Positions 38,701-50,215 of a DNA stretch of 64,000 nucleotides are shown in pieces. The position numbers and the translations under genes were made by a program. The DNA is from Squalus acanthias. Lineage: Eukaryota. A model generated the notes under the pieces. It was not told the origin of the DNA and did not search any database. It saw only the letters and a program-made list of their open reading frames with translations. Position 1 is the first letter of the stretch, and every line of letters starts with the position of its first letter. The DNA lies in assembly GCA_030390025.1 (NCBI GenBank), contig CM059431.1, forward strand, positions 136,774,001 through 136,838,000, written 5' to 3'.

Positions 38701-39513
38701 AGGTTATCCACTTTGGTGTCAAAAACAGAAAGGCAAACTATTATCTGAATGACTATAGATTGGGAGAAGGGGAAGTGCAACGAGACCTGGGTGTCCTTGT
38801 GCACCAGTCGCTGAAAGTAAGCATGCAGGTCCAGCAGGCGGTGAAGAAGGCAAATGGTATTTTGGCCTTCATAGCGAAAGGGTTTGAGTATAGGAACAGG
38901 GATGTCCTGCTGCAGTTGTACAGGGCCTTGGTGAGACCACACCTTGAGTATTGTCTGCAGTTTTCATCGCCTTATCTGAGGAAGGATGTTCTTGCCATGG
39001 AAGGAGTTCAGCGAAGATTCACAAGGCTGATACCTGGGATGGCAGGAATGACATATGAGGAGAGATTGGGTCGATTGGGCTTATACTCGCTGGAGTATAG
39101 GAGAATGAGAGGGGATCTCATCGAAACATATAAAATTCTGACAGGTCTGGACAAACTAGATGCAGGAAGAATTTTCCCGATGGTCGGAGAGTCCAGAACC
39201 AGGGGTCATAATCTAAGGATAACGGGTAACCCATTTAGGACAGAAATGAGGAAGAATTTCTTCACCCAGAGAGTGGTGAACCTGTTGAATTCTCTACCAC
39301 AGAAGGTAGTTGAGGCGAAGTCATTAAATATATTCAAGAATGAGTTATATATATTTCTTAAAGTTAAAGGTATCAAGGGATATGGGGAGAAGGCAGGTAC
39401 AGGGTACTGAGTTTGGAGGATCAGCCATAATCTCATCGAATGGCGGAGCAGGCTCGAGGGGCCGAATGGCCTACTCCTGCTCCTATCTTCTATGTTTCTA
39501 TGTTTCTATGTTT
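35746..39513 (+). mobile_element. Near full-length CR1 LINE (5'-truncated ORF1 SGNH esterase, ORF2 APE endonuclease plus RT), disrupted by stops and frameshifts
   Basis: ORF1 IVIGDPIVRG..CLPGARVKDV..VVHIGIND..DGMHL. ORF2 [49 protein letters not shown]. 3' tail (TTCTATGT)n. Confidence 0.95.
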
Positions 39514-39910
39514 CCTTAGGTAAGGAGAACAAACTGTACTTAATACTCCAGGTGTGGTCTCATCAGGGCCCTATATAATTCCAGTGAGACGTCCTTACTC
39601 TTAGACACAAATCCTTTTGTAATAAAGGCCAACATGCCATTTGCTTTCCTAATTCCTTGCTGTACCTGCATGTTAACTTTTAGTGATTCTTGTACAAGGA
39701 CACCCAGGTCCCTCTGAACACCAACATTTCCCAATCTCTCACCATTAAAAAAATACTCTGGTTTTATATTTTTCCGACGAAAGTGGATAACTTCATATTT
39801 CTCCACATTATATTCCATGTGTCTTTCACTTGCCCACTAAATTAGCCTGTCTATATCCCCTTGAAGCCTCCATGCAACTTCCTCACAACTTACATTCCCA
39901 CCCAGCTCAG
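39512..39910 (-). mobile_element. CR1 ORF2 fragment (host element, right part)
   Basis: Peptide VQRDLGVLVQESLKVNMQVQQGIRKANGMLAFI...RPHLEY. Confidence 0.85.
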
Positions 39911-40029
39911 TAACAGAAGCTACATTTTCTCATGGAACTGGAGCCAGATTATTGATATTATTAAATATTACAACGCCAAACAAAGAGAATTGCACTGGAA
40001 CAAGATGCTTGATCAATTCTGGCTTAATT

Positions 40030-41615
40030 CATAGTCATAGAGTCATAGAGTTATACAGCACAGAAAGAGGCCCTTCGACCCATCGTTCCGTGCCGGCCAT
40101 CAAGCCCTGTCTATTCTAATCCCATTTTCCAGCACTTGGTCCGTAGCCTTGTATGCTGTGGCGTTTCACGTGCTCATCTAAAAGCTTCTTGAATGTTTTG
40201 AGGGTCCCTGCCTCTACCACCCTTTCAGGCAGTGACTTCCAGATTCCAACCACCCTCTGGGTGAAAAAGTTTTTCCTAAAGTCCCCTCTAAAACTCCTGC
40301 CCCTTACCTTGAAACTATGCCCCCTGGTTATTGACCCCTCTACTAAGGGGAAACGTTCCTTTCTCTCTACCCTATCTATGCCGCTCATAATTTTGTACAC
40401 CTCAATCAGGTCCCCCCTCAGCCTTCTCTGCTCTAAGGAAAACAACCCCAGCCTGTCCAGTCTCTCTTCATAGCTGAAGCGCTCCAGCTCAAAAACAACC
40501 TGGTGAATCTCCTCTGCGCCCTCTCCAATGCAATCACAACCTTCCTATAGTGTGGTGACCAGAACTGCACACAGTATTCCAGCTGTGGCCTAACTAGGGT
40601 TTTGTACAGCTCCATCATAACCTCCCTGCTCTTATGTTCTATGCCTCGGCTAATGAAGGCAAGTATACCATATGACTTTTTAACGAACTTATCGACCTGT
40701 CCTGCTGCCTTCAGAGATCTATGTACATGCACACCAAGGTCCCTCTGATCCTCTGTCCTTCCTAGGGTCCTACCATTCATTGTGTATTCCCTTTCCTTGT
40801 TAGGCCTCCCAAAATGCATCACCTCACACTTTTCAGGGTTAAAATCCATTTGCCACTGTTCTGCCCATCTGACCAACCCGCCTATATCGTCGTGTAGCCT
40901 AAGGCTTCCCTCCTCGCTATTTATCCCCCCACCAATTTTCGTGCCATCTGCAAACTTACTGATCGTACCTCCCACATTCATATCTACATAATTAATGTAC
41001 AGTACAAACAGCAAAGGACCCAGCACAGATCCCTGCCGTACACCACTGGACACAGGCTTCCAGTCACAAAACCAACCTTCGACCATCACCCTCTTCCGCC
41101 TGCCACTAAGCCAATTTTGGATCCAATATGCCAAGTTGCCATCGATCCCATGGGCTTTTACCTTCTTGACCAGTCTCCCATGCGGGACTTGGTCAAAAAC
41201 TTTACTGAAGTCCATGTAGACCACATCAACTGCACTACCCTCATCCACACACCTAGTCACCCCCTCGAAAAATGCAATCAAATTGTTCTGACATGATGTC
41301 CCCCTGACAAAGCCATGCTGGCTATCCTTGATTAATCCTTGCCTCTACAAGCGGAGACTAATTCTGTCCCTCAGAATTTTTTACAATAATTTCCCTACCA
41401 CTGATGTTAGGATCACTGGCCTGTAATTCCCTGGTTTATCCCTACTACCCTTCTTGAATAATGGTACTACGTTAGCTGTTCTCCAGTCCACTGGCACCTC
41501 CCCTGTGGCCAGAGAGGATCTGAAAATTTGTGTCAGAGCCCCTGCAATCTCATCCCTTGCCTCACACAGCAGCCTGGGATACATCTCGTCTGGGCCTTGG
41601 GATTTATCCACTTTT
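40030..41615 (-). mobile_element. 5'-truncated CR1 LINE
   Basis: Peptides DKSQGPDEMYPRLL, YMDFSKVFDQVPH, KFADGTK, RRLRGDLIEVYKI; tail catagagtcatagag at 40030. Confidence 0.92.
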
Positions 41616-41659
41616 TAAAAGCAACAAAAAATTACAGGAACGCTGTTAGAAAAAGAACC

Positions 41660-43610
41660 GTAGAAAAATAGGAGCAGGAGTAGGCCATTCGGCCCTTCGA
41701 TCCTGCTCTGCCATTCAACAAGATCTTGGCTGATCCTCTATTTCATTACCATATTCCCGCTCTCTCCTCATACCCCTTGATGCCTTTGTGTCTAGAAATC
41801 TATCTATCTCCTTCTTAAATATATTCAGTGACTTGACCTCCACAGTCTTCTGTGGTAGAGAATTCCACAGGTTCACCACCCTCTGAGTGAAGACATTTCT
41901 CTTCAACTAAGTCCTAAATTTCCTACCCCGTATCCTGAGACTGTGACCACACGTTCTCGAACCCCCAGCCAAGTGAAACATCCACCCTGCATTCAATCTG
42001 TCTAGCCCTGTCAGATTGTTATACGTTTTATAGAAGCATAGAAGATAGGAGCAGGAGTAGGCCATTCGGCCCCTCGAGCAGGCTCCTCAATTTAATGAGA
42101 TCATGGCTGATCATTCAAATTCAGTTCCCTGTCCCTGCTTTCCCCCCATATCCCTTGATCCCTTTAGCCTTAAGAAATATATCTCTCTCGTTCTTGTATA
42201 TATTTAATGAATTGGCATCAACTGCCTTCTGTGGTAGAGAAATCCACAGGTTCACCACTCTCTGGGTGAAGAAATTCCTCCTCATTTCAATCCTAAATGG
42301 CTTACCCCTTATCCTTAGACTGTGAACTCTGGATGTGGACTCACCCGCCATCGGGATCATCCTTCCTGCATCTAGTCTATCTAGTCCTGTTAGAATTTTA
42401 TAAGTTTCAAGGAGATCCCCTCTCATTCTTCTAAACTCTAGCGAATATAAGCCTAATCGACCCAATCTCTCTTCATACGTCATTCCTGCCATCCCAGGTA
42501 TCAGTCTGGTAAATCTTCGCTTCACTCCCTCCATGGCAAGAACATCCTTCCTCAGATAAGTTGACCAAAATGCACACAATACTCAAGGTGTGATCTCACC
42601 AAGGCCTTGTACAACTGCAGCAAGACATCCTTGCTCCCGTACTCGAATCCTCTCGCTATGAAGGCCAACATACCATTTGCCTTCTTAAACGCCTGCTGCA
42701 CCTGCATGCTTACCTTCAGCGACTGGTGCACAAGGACTCCCAGATCTCGTTGTACTTCCCCTTTTCCCAATGAGATCCTCAATGAGATCCTCAATGAGAT
42801 CCCCTCTCATTCTTCTAAACTCTAGTGAATAAAGGCCTAGTCGACCCAAACCCTGCTCGTACGACAGTCTTGCCATCCCAGGAATCAGTCTGGTGAACCT
42901 TCGCTGCACTCCCTCTTTGGCAAGTATATCCTTTCTTAGGTAAGGAGACCAAAACTGCACACAGTACTCCAGGTGTGTTATCACCAGGGCCCTGTATAAC
43001 TGTAGTGAGACATCCTTGCATCTGTACTCAAATCCTCTTGCAATGAAGGCCAATATTCCATTTGCCTTCCTAACTGCTTGCTGCACCTGCATGATTACTT
43101 TCAGTGACTGGTGTACAAGGACACCCAGTTCCCTCTGTACATGAACATTTCCCAATCTACCACCATTTAAATAATACTCTGCCTTTCTTTTTTTTCCTAC
43201 CAAAGTGAATAACTTCACATTTGTCCTCTTTATACTGCATCTGCCATGTATTTGCTCACTCATTCAACTTCTCTAAAATGCCTTGAAGCCTCTTTGCATC
43301 CTCCTCACTACTCACAGTCCCACCAAGCTTCGTCTCATCAGCAAACTTGGGAATTTTACATTTTGTTCCCTCATCCAAATCATTGATATGCATTGTGATT
43401 AGCTGGGGCCCAGCACTGATAATTGCGGTACCCTACTAGTCACCGCCAGCCAGCCCGAAAAAGACCTATTTATTCCTACTCTCTGTTTCCTGTCTGTTAA
43501 CCAATTTTTAAACCATGCCAGTATATTTCCCCCAATCCCATGCGATTTAATTTTGCACACTAACCTCTTATGTGGGAATTTATACAAGACCTTCTGAAAA
43601 TCCAAATAGT
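41660..43610 (-). mobile_element. CR1 LINE (host) split by a second CR1 inserted at about 42030-42770
   Basis: Tail tagaaaaataggagcaggagtaggcc. Host tatacgttt (42028) rejoins caatgagatcccctctc (42792). CR1 RT peptides at 42685-43263 and 43399-43600. Confidence 0.85.
42030..42770 (-). mobile_element. 5'-truncated CR1 of the same subfamily as 35746-39513, nested in an older CR1
   Basis: Its own tail atagaagcatagaagataggagcagg; peptide RFTRLIPGMAGMTYEERLGRLGLYSLE is shared with ORF 38574-39410. Confidence 0.88.
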
Positions 43611-43815
43611 CATCCACTTTGGAGCTAAAAAGTATAGAACCGGCTATTTTCAATATGGTGAAAGCTAAAAATAGTGCAGGTCCAAAGACACGAGGGGTTC
43701 CAGGCTCATAGATCACTAAACTTTCATGAACAGGTACAGAAAATAATCAAAAATAACAACAGAAAACGCTGGAAAAACTCAGCAGGCCAGGCAGCATCCG
43801 TGGAGAGAGAAAGAG

Positions 43816-43852
43816 AGTTAACGTTTCAGGTCGATGACCTTTCATCAGAACT
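43816..43852 (-). ncRNA. Mirror copy of the hammerhead motif in the inverted arm
   Basis: Exact reverse complement of 44581-44617. Confidence 0.72.
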
Positions 43853-44580
43853 GGGAAGAGCCGGAAATCAAATAGATTTAAGGCCAAGGTAAAGCTGGGA
43901 AAAGGGGGAGGGGATAAAGGAACAAAGGGAGGGATGAAGAGACATTAAGAGACATTAAGAGATATGCAAGGCTAGAGGTGGTGTTAATGTGACAGATTAA
44001 GGCTGAATGAAGTGTGAAATCCACTGGCAGAATGAAGGACAGCTGCCAGCTTCTAGGAGTAAAAAAAAAAGGTGGGGGGGGACAAATAAAAGGGTGGATA
44101 AAATAAAATATAAATGTGATTGGAGCTGAGGTTATGATCTAAAATTGTTGAACTCGATATTGAGTCCAGAGGGCTGTAGCGTGCCTAAACGAAAGATGAG
44201 GTGCTGTTCCTCGAGCTTACGCTGAGCTTCCGTGGAACAGCACCTCATCTTTCGTTTAGGCACGCTACAGCCCTCTGGACTCAATATCGAGTTCAACAAT
44301 TTTAGATCATAACCTCAGCTCCAATCACATTTATATTTTATTTTATCCACCCTTTTATTTGTCCCCCCCCACCTTTTTTTTTCCTCCTAGAAGCTGGCAG
44401 CTGTCCTTCATTCTGCCAGTGGATTTCACACTTCATTCAGCCTTAATCTGTCACATTAACACCACCTCTAGCCTTGCATATCTCTTAATGTCTCTTCATC
44501 TCCCCCTTTGTTCCTTTATCCCCTCCCCATTTTCCCAGCTTTACCCTGGCCTTAAATCTATTTGATTTCCGGCTCTTCCC

Positions 44581-44617
44581 AGTTCTGATGAAAGGTCATC
44601 GACCTGAAACGTTAACT
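44581..44617 (+). ncRNA. Minimal type I hammerhead ribozyme motif in the PLE pLTR
   Basis: agtt-CTGATGA-a-aggtc-atc-gacct-GAAA-c-gtt-aact gives the catalytic boxes, stem II, a palindromic minimal stem III and stem I agtt/aact. PLE pLTRs are known to carry such motifs. Confidence 0.75.
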
Positions 44618-45489
44618 CTCTTTCTCTCTCCACGGATGCTGCTTGGCCTGCTGAGTTTTTCCAGCGTTTTCTGTTGTTATTTCGGATTTCCAGCATCCGC
44701 AGTATTTTGCTATCACAGAAAATAATCAAAACGGCTAATGGGATGTTGGCCTTTATATCTGGAGGAGTAGAATACATGGGGGTAGAAGTTGTGCTGCAGC
44801 TGGTCAAAAACCTAGTTAGACCACACCTGGAGTACTGTGAGCAGTTCTGGACACCACACCTTAGGAAGGATATATTGTCCTTGGAGGGAGTGCAGCGTAA
44901 ATTTACCAGAATGATACCCGGACTTCAATGTTTAAGTCACGAGGAGAGATTACACAAATTGGGGTTGTAGTCCCTCGAATTTAGAAGGTTAAGGGTTGAT
45001 CTTATCGAAGTTTTCAAGATATTAAGGGGAACAGATAGGGTAAATAGGAAGCAACTATTTCTGCTGGTTGTAGATTCTAGGATTAGGGGGCATAGTCAAC
45101 AAATTAGGGCCAGAACTTTCAGGAGTGAAATTAGGAAACACTTCTACAGATAAAAGGCGGTAGAAGTTTGGAACGCTCTTCCTTAAAGAGCAATTGATGC
45201 TAGGTGAATTGTTAATTTTAAATTGGAGATTGATAGCTTTTTGTTAACCAATGCTATTAATCGATATGGGTAAAAGACGGGTATGTGAAGTTAGGTCGCA
45301 GATCAGCCATGATCTCATTGCAAGTTGGAACAGTCTCGAGGAGCTCAATGGCGTACTCCTGTTCCTATGTTCCTAATGGAAACAGAGATCACAGTTGTGA
45401 TGGAAATTCGCCCTGTGCTAGGCGATCAATCTCTATTAGAAAGTTACCTTTGTCTTTCCAAGTGATGTGTACAGAGTATTCTTTAAGAG

Positions 45490-48400
45490 AGTGCTTCTAA
45501 TCAGAGTGTTAAATTTGGGAATTTGGAGAGTTTGGGAATTCGGAACAGAGGGGGAAGGAGGTGTTGATTGTTGCCTCCAATACTTGGAGAGCTTTATGTT
45601 ACAGGTAAATATTTAATTTAATCTACATAGAACTTAAACTAGATCTAGCAATTAGCTAAAACAAAACTATAAGCTAAGTTAATTAAAGGCATAAAATTTA
45701 GTTCACTATATAAATAAAAAAAGGTTATAAAGTGAGGGCAGTGCAGGTGGAGTGCCGCAACTGCAGCTTGTGGGAGTTAGTGGAGAGCATTGTGATCCCG
45801 GACAACCACGTTTGCGGTAAGTGCCTGCAACTTGAGGAACTTCAGCTCAGAGTTGTTGAGCAGGAGTCTGAGGTGCAGACATTGCGGGACATCCGGTAAG
45901 GGGTGTGTTATATGGACAATTTGATCCAGGAGGCAGTCGCACCTCTTAGGTTAGGTAGTGGTACAGGTCTGGTTAGTGGTCATGGCCGGGAGTGTATGAC
46001 TGCAATGCAGGCAGTTAAGAGGACTCCAGGTGCAGTGCTGGAGAGCCTCAGCCTTTGCCCTTGTTCAACATGTATGAGGTTCTAACTGCCTTTGTGGATG
46101 AGGGCAAAGTCTGCAGGGTGGATGAACAAACTGACCACGGCACCATGATACAGGAAGCCATTCAAGTGGGGGGAGTGAAAACGAATGTTGCAGTGTTAGG
46201 GGACAGTATAGTCAGGAGGATTGCTTCTGCGCTTTGTAGCCGAGACAGCGATTTCCGAAAGCTTTGTTGCCTGGGTTAAGGATATCTCCTCGCGGCTGGA
46301 GAAGAATCTTGAGTGGGAGTGGGAGGATACAGTATACATGATCCAAGTAGGAAGCAGGGACATAGGTAGAACTAGGAATGAGGTTCTGCTGAATGAGTTT
46401 GAGGAGCAGATTTGGAAAATAAATTACGCAGCTGCGCAAGAACTATAGCCTAGTGATAATGAGAGACTTTAACTAAACCAGTATTAAATGGGGCAGTGAT
46501 TGTGTTAAGAGCACGGAACGGGAGGAATTCTGAAGTGTGTGCAGGAGAATTTTATTGATCAGTATGTTTCCTGCCCAATGAAACATGAAGCATTGCTGGA
46601 TGTAATCCTGGGAAATTAATTTTATCAAGTGGAGAATGTTACAGTTGGAGTGAATCTCACGAAGAGTGATAATTATATCATAAGTTGTAGATTCGTTATG
46701 GAGAAGGACAAGGTACAATCTAGAATTGAAATAAACCTTAACTGCGTAAGGGCTAGTCTCATCGAATTGAGGAGGGATCTGTCCAGTTAAATTGGTGTCT
46801 AACATTGGCAGGCAGAAAAGTAATGGATCAATGGGCGGCCTTTAAAGAGGAGATGGTTCGGGAACAGTCTAGATACAATCCTGCAAGGGGGAAAGGAAGG
46901 ACAACCAAAGCAAGAGTTCACTGGATGACGAAGGTGTTGGAGAGTAGTATGGAGCAGAAAAAGGGGGCGTATGACAGATGTCAGCTTGATAATACAATGG
47001 AGATTCAGGCTGAATATAAAAAGGAGAATTGAAAAAGGATATAAGTGGAGCAAAGAGACAGTACAAGAATAGAATGGCGGCTAACATAAAAGTGAATCCA
47101 AAGGTCATCTTTAGGCATATTAACAGTAAAATGGTTGTCAGAGGAACGGTGGGTCCGATTAGAGACCAAAATGGAGAACTATCGGTGGAGGCAGAAGGCA
47201 TGGCTGAGATAATAAATTAATACTTTGCATCGGTTTTTATCAAGGAAGAGAACTTTAACAAAGATATGGTAAACGAGGAGGCTGCTGGAACACTGGATGA
47301 GATACAAACAGATAAAGATGCGGTACTAGAAAGGCTGGCGGTACTTAGAGTGGATAAGTCACCCGGTCTGGCTGGGATGCATCCTAGTGTGCTGAGGGAA
47401 GTAAGGATAGGAATTGCGCAGGTGCTCGCCACAATCTTCCAATCCTTCTTAGAGACGGGGTGCTGCCAAAACGGACTGCACGATTGTAAATCTTACATCA
47501 TTGTACAAAAAAGGCGAGAAAAATAAACCTGACAATTACAGGCCAGTCAGTTTAACGTCGATGGCGGGGAAGCTTTTAGAAACAATAATCCGGGAGAATT
47601 CGGCCCAGAAATTCGCGTGTCCGGCTTGCCGCGGGGGTAAGGATCGCGCGCTCTTACCTACTGCGCCTGCCGTTGTGTTTTGGGCCCACGGGAACTTCGG
47701 GTCCTAAGCCTCTCCCAACTGCCGGCGCACAGTGCTTGCGTGTTCCAGGGGCGCAGTTAGTGCGATGCGACCCCCGGGATCAGGTGGGCCATGGAGAGCC
47801 AATGGCAGCAGTCCATCTTTCATTCATATATTTGACAGGAGACCTGTCAAATTTGTGAATTGAAATCGGCCCAAACAGAACAGCTAAACTTAAAATAAAT
47901 TTTAAAAAAACATCACATTTATAAAATAACTATAGTTAAATAAATTAACCACTTTAAACAAAAATTTAAATATTTGAAAAAATTAAAATACTTTTTAAAA
48001 GTTATAAAAATAAACTTACCTTTCTTTAAAGTATCTAAAAAAATAAAGCTGTTGAAATTTTTTTTAAATTATACTTAATTAACCACTTACCTTGTTCAAA
48101 AGTGGTCTTACGCCTTCTTTTTATTAGCGTAGTATCTTCAATACCTACCCTCGCGTAGAAACCTGAAAAATAATCTAAGTGTGCTGCGTGCGCGCAGCCT
48201 CTAGCGCACAAGCGGTTCACCTAGAAACCGCCCCCTTCACCATACCGGAAGTACCGGTTTCCCGCGCATGCGCAGTGCATGTAGGAAACCGGCACTTCGG
48301 GAAGCAATACGGGTGAGTACGCACTGTGTACTGACGCGGGAAGGGCCGAATTTTTGAGCCATTAGTAGCTACTTAGACAAGCATGGATTAATAAAAGAGA

Positions 48401-49692
48401 CCTAGCACCGACTTATTAAGGGCAAATCGTGTTTTACTAACTTGATTTAGTTAGTTGAAGAGGTAACAGAGAGGGTTGATGAGGACAGTGCAGTTGATGT
48501 TGTGTATATAGACAACCAATACACGTTTGACAAAAAATACCAAAAATTAGGCTTGTTAGCAAAAATGAAGCCCAAGGGATAAAAGGGGCATTAGCAGCAT
48601 GGATACAAAACTGACTAAGAGATAGAAAGCAGAGAGTTGTGGTGAATGGTTGTTTTTAGGACTGAAAGCAGGTATAGAGTGACGTTCCCCAAGGTTCAGT
48701 ACTGGGACCACTTTTGTTTTTGATTCACATTAATGACTTGGATTTGGAGGTACTGGGCGCAATTTAGAAATTTTCAGTTAGCACGAAACTTGTAAGTGTA
48801 GGAAACAGTGAGGAAGCTAGTTTTAGACTTCAAGATAACATAGACAGACTGGTGGAATGGACGGTAACATGACAGATAACATTTAACGCAGAAGGTCTGA
48901 GGTGAAACAATTTGGTACGAAGATGACGAGAGACCATACAGACTAAACGGTACAATTTTAAATGGGGTGCAAGAACAGAGAGACCTGGAGGGAGTTTTCA
49001 CAAATGTTGGACGTTGGCTGGACAGGTTAACAAAGCAGCTAATAAAGCATATGCGATCCTCAGCTGTGTGAATAGAGGCATGGAGTGCACAAGCCAAGAA
49101 GTTATTCTAAACCCAACAGCAGGGCGGCCCAGCTGGATTATTGTAACCAATTCTGGGAATAACACTTCAGGAAGAAAGTGAAGGCTTTGGAAAGGGCACA
49201 GAAGAGATTTACTAGAACAGCTCCAGGGATAAAGGATACACAGTTACATGGTTAGACTGTCGAAGCTGGGTTTGTTCTCCTTAGAGCAGAGAAGGGCAAG
49301 AAGAGATTTCATAGATATGTTTAAAATCATGACGTTTTCAGATAGAGTAAATGGAAATTAACTGCTTACAATGGCTGAAGGGTCGATAACCAGAGGGGCA
49401 GAATAAATGTGATTCGCAAAATGAATAGAATCTACTGGAGGGAACATTTTTTTCGCAACGAGTGGTTTGGATTTGGAATGTACTGCCTGATAACGTGTGG
49501 ATACAGATTCAATAGTAGACTTCAAAAGCGTATTGGAAAAAAGCATAAAGGACACAAAATTGCAGGGATATCGGGAAAGAGCGGGGAGCTGGGACTAACT
49601 GGATTGCTCTGTGAAAGAGCCGACGCAGACCCGATGGGCCGAATGGCCTCCTTCTGTTCTGTACTATTCTAAGATTCTATGATCCTATGATT
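45490..49692 (+). mobile_element. Degenerate near full-length CR1 LINE interrupted by a MITE
   Basis: ORF1 zinc-finger region (gagtgccgcaactgc...tgcggtaagtgc) and VLGDSIVR. ORF2 DKSPGLAGMHPSVLRE and NYRPVSLTSMAGKLLETIIRE. Tail attctaagattctatgatcctatgatt. Confidence 0.88.
47602..48360. mobile_element. Non-autonomous DNA transposon / MITE, copy 2 (~760 bp), same family and orientation as 10412-11110
   Basis: TIRs ggcccagaaattcg / cgaatttttgagcc. It splits CR1 ORF2 (ETIIRE | attagtagctacttagacaagcatgga). It shares agagccaatggcagca, aacagctaaac, the AT-rich core and gcgcatgcgcagtgcatg with copy 1. Confidence 0.88.
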
Positions 49693-49810
49693 GAAACGAA
49701 ATTTGCTTTGATACCGCACTGCCCAAATGACAACCCATGTTGCAATATTTCCTCAGTTGTTACATCTAAACAGTCATTATGATTATACGAATGATATCGG
49801 CTTCCGACTT

Positions 49811-50215
49811 GGAACATAGGAGCAAGAGCAGGTCATTTGGTCCCTCGAGCCTGTTGACCCATTAAATGAGATAATGGCCGATCTGTAACATGACTCCATA
49901 TACCTGACTTTGCCCCAAATAATATAAATCTGTCAATTTAAGATTTAAAAATAACATTAACAATCCCTCCATGGCCGTTATGCCCTTCCTATGGGGTGTT
50001 GCCCAGAACTGAACACAGTCCTCCAGGGGTGGCCTAACGAGGGCTTCGTATAGATGTAGCATAACGTCTAAACCCTTGTATTCTAGTCTTCTAGAAATAA
50101 AGGCCAGCATTTCATCAGCCCTTTTGATTCGTGTCTGTACCTCTCCATGAAATTTTCACGATGTATGTACATAGACCCCGAATTCACTTTGGATCTCCAT
50201 TGAATCTAGCATTGG
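49811..50215 (-). mobile_element. CR1 3' fragment whose 5' side runs directly into the 23-bp satellite
   Basis: Tail ggaacataggagcaagagcagg; peptide MLAFISRRLEYKGLDVMLHLYEALVRPPLEDCVQFWA. Confidence 0.85.

Larger units (their letters stand above)
43753..44714 (+). mobile_element. Penelope-like element insertion made of an inverted pLTR plus a sense pLTR (fold-back), with 17-bp TSD
   Basis: Arms about 43753-44210 and 44234-44681 are near-perfect reverse complements. The sense arm encodes EQHLIFRLGTLQPSGLNIEFNNFR. TSD acagaaaataatcaaaa at 43736-43752 and 44715-44731. Confidence 0.93.
43612..45375 (+). mobile_element. 5'-truncated CR1 LINE interrupted by a palindromic PLE
   Basis: HEQVQKIIK / TANGMLAFISGGVEY...RPHLEYC is continuous across the insertion; tail ttcctatgttcct. 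Confidence 0.88.

Noticed and set aside
36600..39410. CR1 ORF2 as an active reverse transcriptase gene
   Set aside because: It is broken into several ORFs by stops and frameshifts and the element is 5'-truncated.
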